Shown: piece by piece, positions 1-13,599 of the stretch | Position numbering within the stretch: position 1 is the stretch's first letter | How the letters are laid out: each line of letters begins with the position of its first letter | Assembly: GCA_013265495.1 (NCBI GenBank) | Contig: PNXW01005189.1 | Coordinates: 62,001 to 126,000 of the forward strand | DNA: 64,000 nt | DNA from: Vicugna vicugna | Taxonomy: Eukaryota | Direction of reading: 5' to 3' | Made by a program: the position numbers and the translations under genes | Notes under the pieces: generated by a model | Databases searched by the model: none | What the model saw: only the letters and a program-made list of their open reading frames with translations | What the model was told of the DNA's origin: nothing

Positions 1-2699
1 ACTCCTATAATTCGAAGGCATTAATTCTCTATAAATATATGACATTAGTTATCATTGGATTTTGAAATGAGCCATTCAGTGGTGAAAAGTGAAAGCTCTA
101 AATATTGTTTTCTAGCAATAATATATTTATTGATAGGAAGAGGGAAAAGAAATCTCTGTGCACAAGACTTCCTGTATCACTGCATCAAACTTACAATTTA
201 CTACAACTATTGGGGATGTTCACTCTACGACTTTCTCTTAGCCATTATATGCAAACTGTACATATTTACCAGTGCTTGAGTTTATATTCCCTACTTTGGA
301 CTTCATCGACATTCACAAAACTTAAGCAATGGTTATTTTTAATGCAACTATAACAGAAGCTCTCATTCTACTAATTATTGTATTTCAGAGTATAGGGAAC
401 TTCACAAAAGAGTTGAGTTTTGACCTTAGCAATTTCTTTCCTATGACATTCTTGGCTGATTTTTTTGACAGGAGGTTTATAGGCTCCTTTCCATGAAGCC
501 TCCAGAAGTAGATTCAGCTGTGGTCATAGATTTATCCTTGACGTTCAGGATCCTTTAAGACATCGAAGCAGAGCTCAGCCCATTTTGAATGGGCTCCTCC
601 TAAAGGATTTCTGATCAGTCGCTGAAGAATCCTGCTTTATGCGACACATTCCACTGTGTAGGAAGATTTGAAAGAAAGTTAGTATGATGTGGCTTCTTGT
701 ATGGAAATGACAAATGGCATTTTATATTCAATTCTTTAAAATTTTATGGTGTTCAGTTTCAAATATTTTAAAAGCAATTTGGCTATAAATGAAATAGTCA
801 CTTTTGATAGTTTCTAGCTTTTTTCACTGATCATTTTAAATCTATCTTTTCAGGCTCTGTCTTTTCTGACTTCCTTTAATAATATTTTTTTTCCTCCCTG
901 TGACTACAAGTATCTCTGTTCTTACTCTGTTACCTCATTACAGCACTTTATACTTTAGAAAAATGTTTATAATAACTGTTGCTTTTGATTGCCAATCACT
1001 AAAACCTTGTGAAACACTTGAGGCATCTCCCACTGAACTCAATTAACAGATAAGGAAACCGAGACACACAGAAAGAGTCAAAGTTCTGAAGGCGTCTCTG
1101 GGCTGTGTTATCAGATCCTGGAGCTTTAATTTTCTGGATCTGCAACCTCTGATCAGTGTATGATTCCCGTCTCTGGGAATCACAAATCTTGCTCCCAGGA
1201 CTGATTCCTAAGATCATTTAAGCATCTGCTACGTGCTTAACACTAACCTGGGAAAGGTGGACAGAGAGACCAGGCATCTGAACAAGTATATAAACTAAGT
1301 AAGAATCATAAGATTTCTTCTATAAAAAAAATCTAGAATGAACTTCAGTGAGCATAACTACAAAGAATGTTCTCTCCAAGGCTTCTTGGAAGTGGTGATT
1401 CTTATTTAGGTTTCCTGGGAGTAAGGAACATGAATGTGGAAAGGATGGTAATGAAGTACACATCGCATGGAAAATGACAGCATGCAGACTCAGATTTATG
1501 AAGAAAACTTCTTTTCTCCCATTTCCTTGTTCATCTCAGTGGCTCTGTGTGCATTACTGAATGCCTCCTCCAGGTCTACGGAAACAGAGAGAAAGGTCTG
1601 TGTAAACATAAAGGAAGAATGCATATAAGATGTACATGTAGTAGAAAGTGTACACACTTTTTTCAGCATGTCTATACTCCACAGCTACGAAAACCCAGCC
1701 CTAGATTTTTTGCTACGTTCTAGCTAAATTGGTATTTGAGACTTGATGGACTCATAACACAAAAGTAATGTGTTTTTATAATGGCAGGATTGATTGGATT
1801 TCCTCCCAACCTTGAATGGTTCTCTTTCTCATTTACTAACAGTCTGGGTAAGTGTTGGGACCAAATGTGCTACCCACCTAATACTAACAGGACAGTAAAA
1901 TCACATTTATAATACTGTTGTTTTCCATCCCCGCTGCTGGCAGCCCAAGAGAAGAGAGAGATCCAGTCCAAACTCATTTTCTCAACATTATGCCTTTGTA
2001 ATGTCTCTAGACATAATAAGCGACAATGGCTTGCAAACCATTCCTCTCCTCAAAATAAGGAGGGATCCACCACAGTGAGAGTGAGGAGAGAAATCACTCA
2101 ACTATTTAGCCACAAAGTTGCTCATAAAGAAAAGCTATGGAATTTGATTTGTAAATCTACAGAGAAAACCTTGATCCAGTTACAATAATTTGAATTAAAA
2201 TTCCTCTCTGCTCTTCAATTGTTTCCTCTCTTTTCAACTTCTTCTTTTTTCTCCTCTTTCTCTTCCCTTCCCTTTTTCTTGTCTATTAACATAGCTTTCA
2301 TGATGGGGTAGGCATTGTACTAGATTCAAGAGATGTATTACAAATCGTCGCTGCCCTTCGAAAACCTAATTACTGGGATTAAGATGGAGCCACAAGGATG
2401 AAGGAAAGATTTGCAGAATTGAAGAATGGAAAGCAGAAAAGCTTAATTGCTATAACCAGTAGCAACAGGGGTGCATCAAAGGAAGAGTGTGCGGGAGAGT
2501 TGTCATAACGGTTTATGGACAAGACAGTAACTTAGCGTCAACTCCAATTTATCAGTAATTACATAAGGAAGAGCACAGAAGAGATAATGATCTGATGTAT
2601 CAAGGTCGTTTTAGGTTGTGTTGGATGGCTTTTTCAGACGGGAGGTATTTTAATAGGCTAAATAGTATTTGTTTTTCTTAAACTATTTATATCTCTTTT

Positions 2700-3480
2700 G
2701 ATATTTTCCCCAACTTTTTATTTTGAAAAATTTAAATTTACAGAGAAGTGGGAAGAATATATTGAGCTTCTATCCCCTTCACTTAGATTACCTGTTGTCA
2801 ATATTCTGCATCATGTGTTTTTCTTTCTTTCTTTCTCTCAACACACACACACATGCACACACACACACACACACACACACACAATTTCTTATTTCAGACA
2901 TCATAACATTTTAACCCTAAATATTCTATCATGACTATTCTACATAACAAAAATACAATTATCACATACAAGAAATTTCATGTTACTACAAACATTATCT
3001 AATATAAAGTGTGTAAGTGAATTTCCCAATAATGCCAAATATATTTTTTTAGTACAGAATTATCTTTTTACTTTATTTTATTTTATTTTATTTTATTGAG
3101 TTATAGCAAGATATCTTTTAAAACTGATTTTTACAATCCAGGATTCATCCAAGGTTCACACATTACATTTGTTTGTCACAAAGCAGCTTTCTTTTGGTCT
3201 AGAAATATGCCATGACATATTTTTCACTCCTTAAATTAAATGTTTATTTAATTTTTTTCTGAGTCCTGACCGATTGTCTCACAGTGTATCCCACATTCCA
3301 GATCTGCTGCATTGTATTCTCTTGATTACATTCAGGTCAATCATCTCAGTCAAGAGCACTATATATGTGACAACATATAATGAGTTCTTTCTATTGTTGT
3401 CCTTTAGGAAGCACATCATATCAGGTTGTCCAATTTTTGGTCATGCTAAATGTCACCTTTGGCTTAAAGTAGTGTCTGCT
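2700..3480 (-). mobile_element. Old L1 (L1MC-like) 3' end fragment
   Basis: Begins with 'aactttttattttgaaaaatttaaatttacagagaag', typical of the reverse complement of an L1MC 3' UTR. Decayed; boundaries approximate. Confidence 0.65.
2839..2883. repeat. (CA)n microsatellite
   Basis: Directly visible CA run with one interruption. Confidence 0.95.
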
Positions 3481-3529
3481 ATAAAGCAGCAGTTTTAAGG
3501 TGTGCATCATGATGATGTACATATGGATA

Positions 3530-3780
3530 CAGATGGTCCAACTTACGGTGGATTGGTTTACAATTTTTCAACTTTAGGCTGGTGTGAAAGTGGCACACAT
3601 TCAGTAGAAACTATACTTTGAATTTGAATTTTGATCTTAGGTTAATGATACGTGATATGAGACTCTCTGATGATGCTAAGCAGGGCAGTGAACCACAGTT
3701 CCCAGACAGCCGCCCAATCAGGAGGGCATATGGCAGGCACTATCATTCTGTACCCATACAAACACTGACTTTTCTTTATT
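3530..3780. mobile_element. TcMar-Tigger non-autonomous element (MER47B/Tigger5-like), partial
   Basis: TA followed by terminus 'cagatggtccaacttacg...cattcagtagaaactatactttgaatttgaattttgatc', which resembles the MER47/Tigger5 end as recalled. Confidence 0.7.
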
Positions 3781-5640
3781 CTGAATTTCCTAGTTTCCTT
3801 CCTTGATCATTGTCTTTTTCTTTCTGAAAAACAGCTTCTAGCAAATCTTTTAGAGCAGATTTACCAGTGACAGACTGTCTCATTGTATTTACATCTGAGA
3901 ATGCCTTTTAACTGGCATTTTCCTGATGGTAACTTTGCTGGTCACAGAATTCTTGACAATTGTTTTTGTTTTTTTCTGCACTTACAAAACGCTGTGCCAA
4001 TTCCTTCTGACCATCATTTCTCATGAGCAACCCACTGTTACTTAATTACTCTTAACCTATACGTAATAATGTAATGTGTTTCTCTCTGCCTGCATTCAAG
4101 ATTCTTTTTAGAACATTTTTATTTGTTTTCTTCAGTTTCATAAACTGAAGTATAATAGTCATGGGTTTATTTACATCTATCCTGATTGAGATATACTCAG
4201 CTTCTTGAATCTGTGAATTTATGCCTTTCATCAAATTTAGGCAACTTCAGCATAGTTTTTCAAACCTTACTCTTTCTCTTTTACTCTCGGATTCCTACAA
4301 GAATTAGACCTTCTGTCACTGTCCTACAGGCTCTTCAACTCTGTTCATTTTGTAAAAACACATTTCCCTCTTTTGTTCAGATTGGATAATTTTTATTGAT
4401 CTATGTTTAGTGTTACTGTCATATCAATTATGCAACTGAGCATGTCAAATGAATTTTAAAACAAATTGTTACTGTATTTTTTTAGTTTCAAAATATAACT
4501 TGGCTCTTATTTTGATCTTCTATTTCTCATATTTATCTCTTTACCTTCTATTTCTTTGCTGAAACTCTTGTATTACTTCTAGAGTGTCCACACTTGCCTG
4601 TTGGAGTATTTCAAAGATACTTGTTCTAAAGTCCTTGTCAGATAATTTCAGCATCTGTCTTATCTTGGCATTTCTGTCTGTTGAATATCTTCCCACATTC
4701 TAGTTGATATTTACCTGGTTCTTGATGTGATGAGCAACTTTAAATTTTTTTTCCTAGATGTTTTGACTCATGTTATGACAATTTAGTCTACATTGACATC
4801 TATTTTAGTATGTTGTCTATGCTTTTAGTTTCAGAATGCACATCCTTGACCACTGTGAGCTGTGGATTGGGTGTTAATGTAGTCTTCCAAGTTTTTTCAG
4901 TGTTACTCTGCTCTGCTCTGCTTGTATGCTGCACAGAGAGTAATCTGGATGTCTGGCCATAGCCCACTTTGTAATTCAGTTCTCAAAGCATTCATGGTAT
5001 TGATTACAGTCAGTTTCACACATAGATTACTCCTGAGTTCGCCTAGGACTTAATGCACAGATGTTAAGAATCACTTTCTCCAGATCCTTCCTATTTATCA
5101 TTTACTTTCATTCTTTAGAACGTGGGGAGAGGACACCCTCTCTATTGATCTCTTAATAAGAGGTGGCGAGGATATGCCACAGGGCTCCACAACACAATCT
5201 CTGCATTGTTTGGGAGGGAGAAGGACAGTGCCATATCTTGTCATTACTTTACAAACATCTTTGTATATATTGGTCAACTATTGTCTGACTTCCTGTGGTG
5301 TCTTTTGAGAAGTCAGCTGTCAGTATAATCAACATTCCTCTGCAGGTGAACTATGTTTTCTCTCTGGTTGATTCAAGGCTTTTTTATTGTCTTTTTAGAC
5401 CAGCAGGTTCCCTATGATTTTTAAAATCTATTTTACGTGAAATTCATTTGTTTTTTTGAGTTTGAATGCAGTGTGTCATTTACTGACTACGAAGAATCCT
5501 TGTGCGTCTTCTCTTTGAAACTAGCCGCTTCACCTTTCTCTCTACTCTCTTCTTCTATAATTTCTATTAGATATATTTCATTCTTTCTCACTTTGTCCTT
5601 GATTTCTGTTCTCTTTCACGTGTTCCCTTTTGTTGATTCT
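3780..5640 (-). mobile_element. Old L1 5' region/ORF1 relics
   Basis: ORF 4052-4234(-), 'INSQIQEAE...KRILNAGREKHIT', matches the L1 ORF1p motif QIQEAQR...KILKAAREK. The flanks are decayed L1-like sequence. Confidence 0.75.
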
Positions 5641-5654
5641 TTGTATTGTATTTT

Positions 5655-5837
5655 GTGGTATACTGGAACTGGCTTACAGCAGTTTTTAAGAGCCAATTGT
5701 TAAATACTCAGAAACGTTTTGAGCCAGTTTTTAAACCATCATTGGCTGAGAGCGACTAAGATGAAAATATTAAAAATTGGCCAATGTTGCAAATTAAGGG
5801 TTATTTTTGAAAGTGCGGTATTACCAGCGCATCCCTG
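5655..5837. mobile_element. hAT-Blackjack MER63-like MITE
   Basis: 'gtggtatactggaactggc...gagccaattgttaaat...gagccagttt' and terminal 'taccagcgcatccctg' resemble MER63 ends. Confidence 0.55.
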
Positions 5838-6001
5838 ATTGCATTCTAGATGATTTTTTTGGATATATCATCCAACTTCCCAATTATCTCCTCAGCTCTG
5901 TCTAATCTTATATTTAATAATCCATTTATTTTCTAATTACAATGTTAAAATTCAACTAGAAGATTAAATTGATTCTGTGTCAAATCCACCTTACCATTTT
6001 T

Positions 6002-7606
6002 AATAAACCCACTTTATTTTTAAATGTTTTATTGACGTAAAATCAACACGCAACACTTTATTAGCTCTGCGTGTAACACAGTGATTTGACATTTGTATAC
6101 AGTGCAAAATGATCACCACAACAAGTCTGGTTACCGTCTGTCACCATATAGAGTTATCTTTTTTTTTTTCTCTTTTGATAGGAAATTTTAAGTTTTAATT
6201 CCTCAGCAACTTTTAAATTTGCAATTTAGTGTTACTGGCTACAGTCACCATATTGTACGTTACATTCCCATGACTTATTTATTGTACAACTGAAAGCGTG
6301 AAACACTTAACCCTTCCGTCTATTTTGCCCATCTTCAGCTACCCTCCCCTCTGGCAACCACCAATCTGTTCTCTGTATCTATGAGTGTTGTTGTGCTTTC
6401 TTTCTCTGAGAGATCTCAGTTAGCACTTAGTTTCAATCTTATTAGAAGCTAGACCCTCAGACAGCAGCTCTTAAAGTATGCAAATATATACCTATCTACA
6501 GTCCTTTGGGACTGTAATCATAAAACCTGCTGGCCTCCAGACCAGGGAATCCAGGGGCATCCCCTTGGTGACAGTTGGAAAAAATTAGAACTTCAGTTGA
6601 GTATGAATTCCTCTCTAGGAGGTACCAGCAAGCTGTAGTGAGGCCAGGGGAAAGTGTGGAGATGGCATCCCTCAGCCTGCATCCCCTAACAGCACATCCT
6701 TAGTCTCTAGAGGCCTGGTAAATCCAAAGCATGCCCCTCAGGCAGAAGCTCCAAGATGAGTAATTAGCCTTTTGCACAGGGAGACTGGGCTGTGTGTTAG
6801 TCTACTATCTGTGTGCTGCCCCGTGGGTGCTAACCTGCCAAGAACTGACCTTTCCATTGTTTCAGAACCTTAGGGCCCAGAACCATGATCTCCCTGGTCA
6901 CCAAAGCTGGGTTCACAAGGGGCATTGTCTGTGTGGGCTGCACACTTCTTCCCAGCTTTGGTGGGGCCACGGACTGGTGAGGAGATGGGGCACACCCACT
7001 GGCACTGACTCTAGGGAGAGAGCAACGCTGGTGCTCACCAGTGCCTCCATCCCTGGCCCCTGGAGAGAGTGCCTGTAGGCTCCTGTTCCTCTGGCAGATG
7101 CTGTAAGATTTGCAGATGTGTCTCTTTCACATTGATCTTGGCATCAAACTGTTGCCTGTGCTCTGAGTCTTGCGGTGAGTGAGTCTCCATGCAAGTTCTT
7201 TAAGAGTGGAATCTCCATTCACTACAGCCTTATGGTTCTGGACAAAAACCCCACTGGTTTTCAAACTTAGACTCTTAGGGACTCATCTCTTTGGAGCAGG
7301 TCCCAAGGGTTGGGGTGTCTGATGTGGAACAGAGAACTCTTGCTTCTCAGAGAGTCTTAGAATTTGTGACATCCCTTCTAATTTTGGGATGCCATGCTGA
7401 CTCTGGGGTGTTTGATGATACCATGTCTCTGCGTTCCCTACCCATTTTGCTGTGGCTCTTTTATCCTTTGTTGAGCAGCAACTGTTCAGCTAGTTTTCAG
7501 TCCTTTATCAGAAAGAAGCAATTCATATGTAGCTGTATATTCATCATGTTAGTGGGAGGAGATGAGTTCGGGTTTTTCCTATACCACAATCTTGAACTAC
7601 CTCCTC
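6002..7606 (-). mobile_element. Compact L1 derivative: L1 5'UTR (about 6420-7606) joined to L1 3'UTR (about 6002-6400)
   Basis: The right end reads (minus) 'ggaggtagttcaagattgtggtatagg...', like an L1 5' terminus. The left part is an L1MA-type 3' tail. Candidate TSD ccaccttaccattttt (5986-6001) / ccatattaccattttt (7607-7622). Confidence 0.6.
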
Positions 7607-7888
7607 CCATATTACCATTTTTGACAATCTCTTGCTCTTTAACCATTTTTTATTCTCTCATATTACATGTATATAGACATTACATATTTATTTGATAAAT
7701 TTTAGTGGCTGCCATCTTGGTTTGCAATTCCAATTTTTCAGATTTTTGAATATATGTGATTTTTCACTTACTCCCCGTATCTTGTTAAAACTCGTTTATA
7801 AGCCATAAAAGAATTGCAAATGACCCACTGTGAGTTCACCAGCACTTGTCCTGTTCTCTCTCCAGCGGTAACCATTCTCTATTTCAGT

Positions 7889-8315
7889 TGTGGACAAAGA
7901 ATATCTGTCACCTGCCATACCAGTAAACAAAGGATGTTGCAGCCATCAAGCCTGCAGCCACTGCAGCCACCCATGATGATGCTCCCTGAGGGGATTCAGG
8001 ATGGAGAAAAACAGGATACTGGCCTTAGATGGTTAAGGTGCATATCAGAGAAATACTTTCATAATCCCAGACTCATGCATCTTCCTGTACTTATCAAATT
8101 CATGAACTTGAGATATCTGTTTTTTCTTTAGTTAGCAGTAGCCTTTTAATGTTTGATTATCTTTTTTTTTTTTTAACCCAAAACTCCTATATATCCTGGC
8201 CCTTCTCTTATCAAGCTATCTGAGAGGCTGTCTCCTGGGCATAAGTCCTCAGTAAGTCCACAAAATAAGACATAATTCTCAACTTTAGGTTGTGCATTTT
8301 TTTTTCCAGTCAACA
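7889..8315 (+). mobile_element. ERV1-type solo LTR
   Basis: TG...CA termini (tgtggacaaag ... ccagtcaaca), TATA-like 'ctatatat' near 8187, and a degenerate polyA signal near 8264. Resembles cetartiodactyl ERV1 LTRs. Confidence 0.7.
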
Positions 8316-8589
8316 TAGCCTCAAATAACTTATTTAATTTTCAGCAGATTCAGGAATAAAGTTAAACACATAGCTTTAAAAACATTTTCCCAAATTTTGG
8401 GGATCTATTTGAGCACGTTTTATTCTATATCTCTTTCACCACATTGTTAACAATTGCTCATTTAAATGGGATGTATAAATTGTTTAGATCAACATTATGT
8501 AGTTGATAGCTATTATTACTAGCATTGTTTTTTTAAAAGATTTCATCGGATAAAATGATAATAAAATTTACCAATCCATGGTAAAGTGG

Positions 8590-9020
8590 TGTGATGGATG
8601 CAATTAGTGACTAACAAAATTCCAAGTCTCCTTGTCCAGATGTGTCTTTCCTTGGCTTTAGTAATGGCTATATGAGTGGCTGTGGTCAACAACTATGAGC
8701 ATAAGTGACACGTGTCATTTCTGGATAAACATATGTCAGAGGCAGCGTGTGAAAACATAGCGTTATCTATGTTTTCTTCCCTTAACCTAGAAACATGTGC
8801 TAACGTGAAGACTGCACAAGATTGAAGCAATCTACAGTGGGATCCCATCAAGAAAGACATCTTTGTCCCTCAGTGAATACAGGCAGAGTAAGAAATTAAC
8901 CTATAAAATTGAAAACCGCTGAAAAAGATAGAGAAATAGAGATAGAGATAAAGACAGAGATATGTGGAGAGATACAGATATAGAGATAGCTGCATAAATA
9001 GCTTAGCCTGACGGACACAA
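8590..9020 (+). mobile_element. Old MaLR LTR (MLT1H/J-like), decayed
   Basis: 'atgagcataagtgacacgtgtcatttctgg' and 'gagtaagaaattaacct' are MLT1-like motifs. Confidence 0.5.
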
Positions 9021-9531
9021 GCACAGTTTGCCATGCTCTATGCTCACGATATGTTAGTTTCCAGCTCCTTAATATTTACTACGTGATTCCGCTGCTTCAC
9101 ATGATCTACTTATTCCTCTCTAATTAAATATCCTTGGATCCTAGGGTCTTTAGAACACTTTTTTTCCCTTTTATTTATCTGAAAAATAAAAATGACTTTT
9201 CCTACTGTATCATTCATAAGTTCTTGGGAATATTGAAGAAGTATTAAGATCCTCTTATTTCATCAACTCACCCAGCCCAATTTGGTATCTGCAGGCTGTT
9301 TTCCATAATTATTGATAAAATAAAAAAATGTCTTGAACAAATAAATGTTGTGTCTTCTTTATACCATCTCTAGGAATAAATTCAACCAGTGAAACACTGG
9401 AAGGATTAATGTATATATATATTTTTTTCTATCTCATAGACTATTACAAAAATATGTTGAGCAACAATGGTAAAGTATTTGTGAAATGCGCAATACAGGA
9501 AAAATTTATTTAGAGTAAAATGATCTTTTAA

Positions 9532-9580
9532 AATAATAATAATAATAATGATGATGATGATGATGATAATAATTATAATA
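9532..9580. repeat. Compound (AAT)n(GAT)n microsatellite
   Basis: Directly visible. It produces the poly-Ile artefact in ORF 9406-9597(-). Confidence 0.9.
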
Positions 9581-12491
9581 AAACAGGCTGTGCTCATTTT
9601 TTTGGCCGTTCATTCTCTCACTTCAAAATAACACTGACTGGTTTCAGTCCATGCCCCAAAGCTATAGCACACGTTTTATAACAGATGTTTTATTGTCTGG
9701 CACTTTGCAGAACTCATCCATCCAAAATACTATAATATGCCCCCAACCCCAGCCACTACTGAAAATAAAACAGCAAGAATTGTAAACCAACACAGAAACA
9801 AACCACAAAAGTCATTTAGGAGCTTAGGAACTCTTTTGTTCTTAAGTTTCTCCACATGGTGTTCTTTCTCTTTCTTAATTAAACTTTGGTCTTAAAAATT
9901 GTGTGCCATGAGGTTTCGTCCTTCTGCTTTTCCTTCACACCAGTGCATCCTGCTCATCGGAAATCATGACTGTGGATAATATGACTCGCACAGTATCATT
10001 ACTTTGACCTCTGTAAAGCGTTTGATTAAGGTTCATCCAAAAACTTTCCTAGAATTCTTAACTCAAGTGCAGAAGGTGGACAACAGAGAGGAAAATGCAT
10101 TCTGCATTATATTATACATTTTTGTAAAGATTAATTCTGACTTCCTACCTACCTGCCTGATAGTGTTAATCCATGGTTTTGAAGTACAAATGCTTCAAGT
10201 GTCTAGACAACCAAAGTAGCCAGTCAATGGTAAAGGGAATGGTGGTTAAGAATATCGTTAACAGCACAACATTATAAGTCAACTATACTTCAATTTTTTT
10301 AAAAAAGGTTATCTACAAAAAAAAATGCAGTAACAGTAGAGAGGATAACAAATAGAAAAATCTCAAATAAAACACACCCAAATGAAACTCCTTTGCTACA
10401 AGAAAACTCAGTGTTTGGTCTGCCAGTTGGCCTTCTCTGTTTAACTAATGCATAGTTTTAACTGGATAATGCTTATATCGGATTTACAGGAAGCTTCAAA
10501 TGGGGAAGAATTGTTTTCAGTGAAACCTTTTGGTTTGTATATTTCAATAACGTAATGAAAAGCCCTGAAATGTACCAAACACTTAATCCCAAGGCCCCTC
10601 TGTCTTTGCATCTATTCATTCATGTCTGTTGCTTTATCCACACTTCAAGTCTAATGGACTCACAAACAGTAGCTTTCTATTTCCTTTTCCCCACCTCTGT
10701 CACTACCTCTTCTAAACATTAGCATCTTTTTTTTTAAATGTTGCAAAGGGAAAGAGTCCCCAAGCTTCTGTGATCTCCTCCTACCTCCCACAGGCATTAT
10801 TATCATCTAGAAACAACCAGAAGACGTTCTAGGCACACCCATTGATTGCACATTTCTCTTTAATAAAGCAAATCAAGTATGTTATTATTTTGGAGAATGT
10901 TAGAAGAGACCAAACTGTTTTTTTTTTAAATAATGACTAAATATTTTCTTCTGGATGTTTGCCTCACCTTTCAAAGCAAGTGATTAGAAAGGGAGAGAGA
11001 AGAAAACACAGCAGCCGCTCTTTGGTTTTGTCATGAAGTCATGAGGATGTAATGGTTTTATGCTCAAACTCTGAGATTCAGTCTTTATTCTAAAATTGTG
11101 AATATTATATTCTAGGAGTAAAATGTCTTTCAAGAAGTGTTCAAGCAATGCCTGTTGACCTGAAGATTGTTCCCATAAATTAGAAATCCTTAGAGTATTT
11201 GAAGTGGTCCCTGTCTAAATGTGTGGTCTGTGATCGCCCTATACCTCTCCATGAGAACTTCTGGTGTAATGTGTCATCTCTAATCAGTAACAATATCCCC
11301 AGGGTTAACCTACATTAGGAACCCTGATAACTCTTTGTCTGCACCTACATTATTAAATAAAACCTACTTACTTCATCGTATCAGATAATTGAAATAGTGC
11401 CTCCTTGCTTTGGGATATAGGAGAATTCCTAGCTATGGTGGATGGCAGAAGCCCTCTGGAGAGTGAGTTCCTTGCAAATACCTGGGAGGCAAATGAGCAG
11501 GCTGGAGCTGAGGTGTGGAGGGGGCGGCTGCTTATAAAGTACATAATATCCTTTCAAGAGGACATTAAGCCCGGGAAGATCCGGGGGTTCTCACACGGTA
11601 CATAATGAGGGATCATCCACAAAGCTCTCCTGGAAAAGACCTGGAGGACGAAATAGATCATATAATTCTTTCTTTGGGGCTTTTTGTGAATCTGGAAATT
11701 TCCCAAAATGGTCTGACTGCATAAGATCATAAAATTTCTCCAATGTGTATTTGATTTCATGGACAAGTAAAGATTTGAGAAGTATCCACAGGAAATATGA
11801 GACTGTAAGAAATCCCTCATTAATCATAATCACTTAATGTTAAGCTTCAGGTGGAATAATGAGGTCCTGAAAGCTAGAGTCGTCCTTTTGTCTCCTGCCT
11901 TAGTCCCACCCAGTTCCCCAAACTGGGTCTATTGACATCCTCCACATTAGAATGAAATCAGGTTAGAATGTAGAGCATGATACTTGGGTCAAGGCAGCCA
12001 CTGGGCCCCTTGTGCCCCAAAGACTATGACTCACAACCTGGCCTGGGCTTCATTGCACCGGAATTGCACCCTAACCCCATGAAGCCACAGAAGCCAGCGT
12101 TCCTATGTTTCCTTTTTCTCAATTCACTAATACTTTTACAGGATCTAGTTCTAAACGATAAGGTGATTTGCTAGAGGGAGACCCCAGATTCCACCTTATT
12201 TATCTTCATTCATTGACAATGGGGCCACAATAATGTTGCTATTGCAAAAGCCATGCTGTGGTTTTTGCCCCAGAAGAGGCCAGGAAAGCTTTGCTTGTTT
12301 TGGGAGGTGTGGACACAAAGCAAAGCAATTGGGATGAGGAGCTACTGGGAGCTGCATGAATGAGACAGAGACAGTGAGAGAACTGTTGTGTTTATTACGT
12401 TTGCTCATTATGGGGTGCTTACTTGCATGGAGTACAAGGTTAAATTGGGATCTAGATAGAGCCTGGGTTGAGGGCAACACTGGTGAATGTA

Positions 12492-13142
12492 CAGTCAATC
12501 CTGACCATTCATGGATTCTCTATCTGTGGATTCTGTATTTGTGAATTTACCTATTCACGAAAATTTGTTTGCAACCCGCCAATCAGTACTTGCTGCACGC
12601 TTGTGATCATTTGTGGGCACGCACGGGGCAGTACAAAATGTGGGTCACTCAGTCCGCACATTCCCAGGTTGGGGGGAACAGGACGAGGCTTTGCTGCCTT
12701 GTTTCAGCTCTCACGCTTTAAACGAGGGTCCTTTTCACCGTGTATTTAGTGCCACTTTTTAAAAAAGTGTTTTGCATCTTTCGTTGGTGAGTTCTCAGTT
12801 TAAAATGGCCCCCAAATGTGGCACTGAAGAGCTGTCTAGAGGTCCTAAGTGTAAGAAGTATGGGTGAACCTGCCTTACAGAGAAAATGCACGTGTCAGGT
12901 AAGCCTTATTCAGGCATGAGCTACAGTGCAGGTGGCTGTGAGTTCAACGTTAATGAACGGACAATATTTATTAAATAAGTGTCTTCACACACACACACAC
13001 ACAAGCTTACGTATTGATTGATTGATGTAGTGGCTGGGAACCTAGCCACGTGTGGTTCAGTATTTGCTAATTCAGTGTTCCCGATAACTTCACGGGATGT
13101 CAGTACCAAAATGCTTCACTCAGCCCCCGTGATGGTGACCTG
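12492..13142 (+). mobile_element. MER82 (TcMar-Tigger), near full length
   Basis: TA|cagtcaatcc ... gacctg|TA, giving a TA TSD. Internal 'ttgtttcagctctca', 'tttaaaatggccccca' and 'ggttcagtatttgctaattcagtgttc' follow the MER82 consensus as recalled. Confidence 0.85.
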
Positions 13143-13599
13143 TATCCAGTCACATCTCTCTCCTTCATGAAAAATGACTTTGGGTTCTGCACAGATAAAA
13201 ATTTGCAGCAGGTGCTTGACATATGCACTTCCGTGGTGGACAACTCTTTGCCCCGCCGGCTCTGGAGATGTACTTAATACTGCAGGGGTGAGGCCAAACT
13301 CAAAATTCTAGATATTTCTATTATTGTTTTTGTTTTGTTTTGTCCTTTAAGGCAGAGTCAAGGAACTCTCAAGATCAAGTTCTTGTTGTTTCTAAGTGTA
13401 CCTTAAGCTAGCTAGGAAGATAACCACCATAGAAACAGATGTCTTGTGCGATCACTCAACGCCTCCCCCCTCCTTTTTTTTTTCCTGGAAATTATAGGGT
13501 TTCATGTGAAAAGAACCAAAATTTCCCCATAATTTTTGCTGACTTCAAAGTCGGTTTCCTTTTAGGAGTGAGAGAAATTCGGAGTTCGTATTGAACTCG

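Noticed and set aside
577..595. 8-bp hairpin agcccatt-ttg-aatgggct (and a similar one near 40593-40619)
   Set aside because: Stems of this length are expected by chance in 64 kb.
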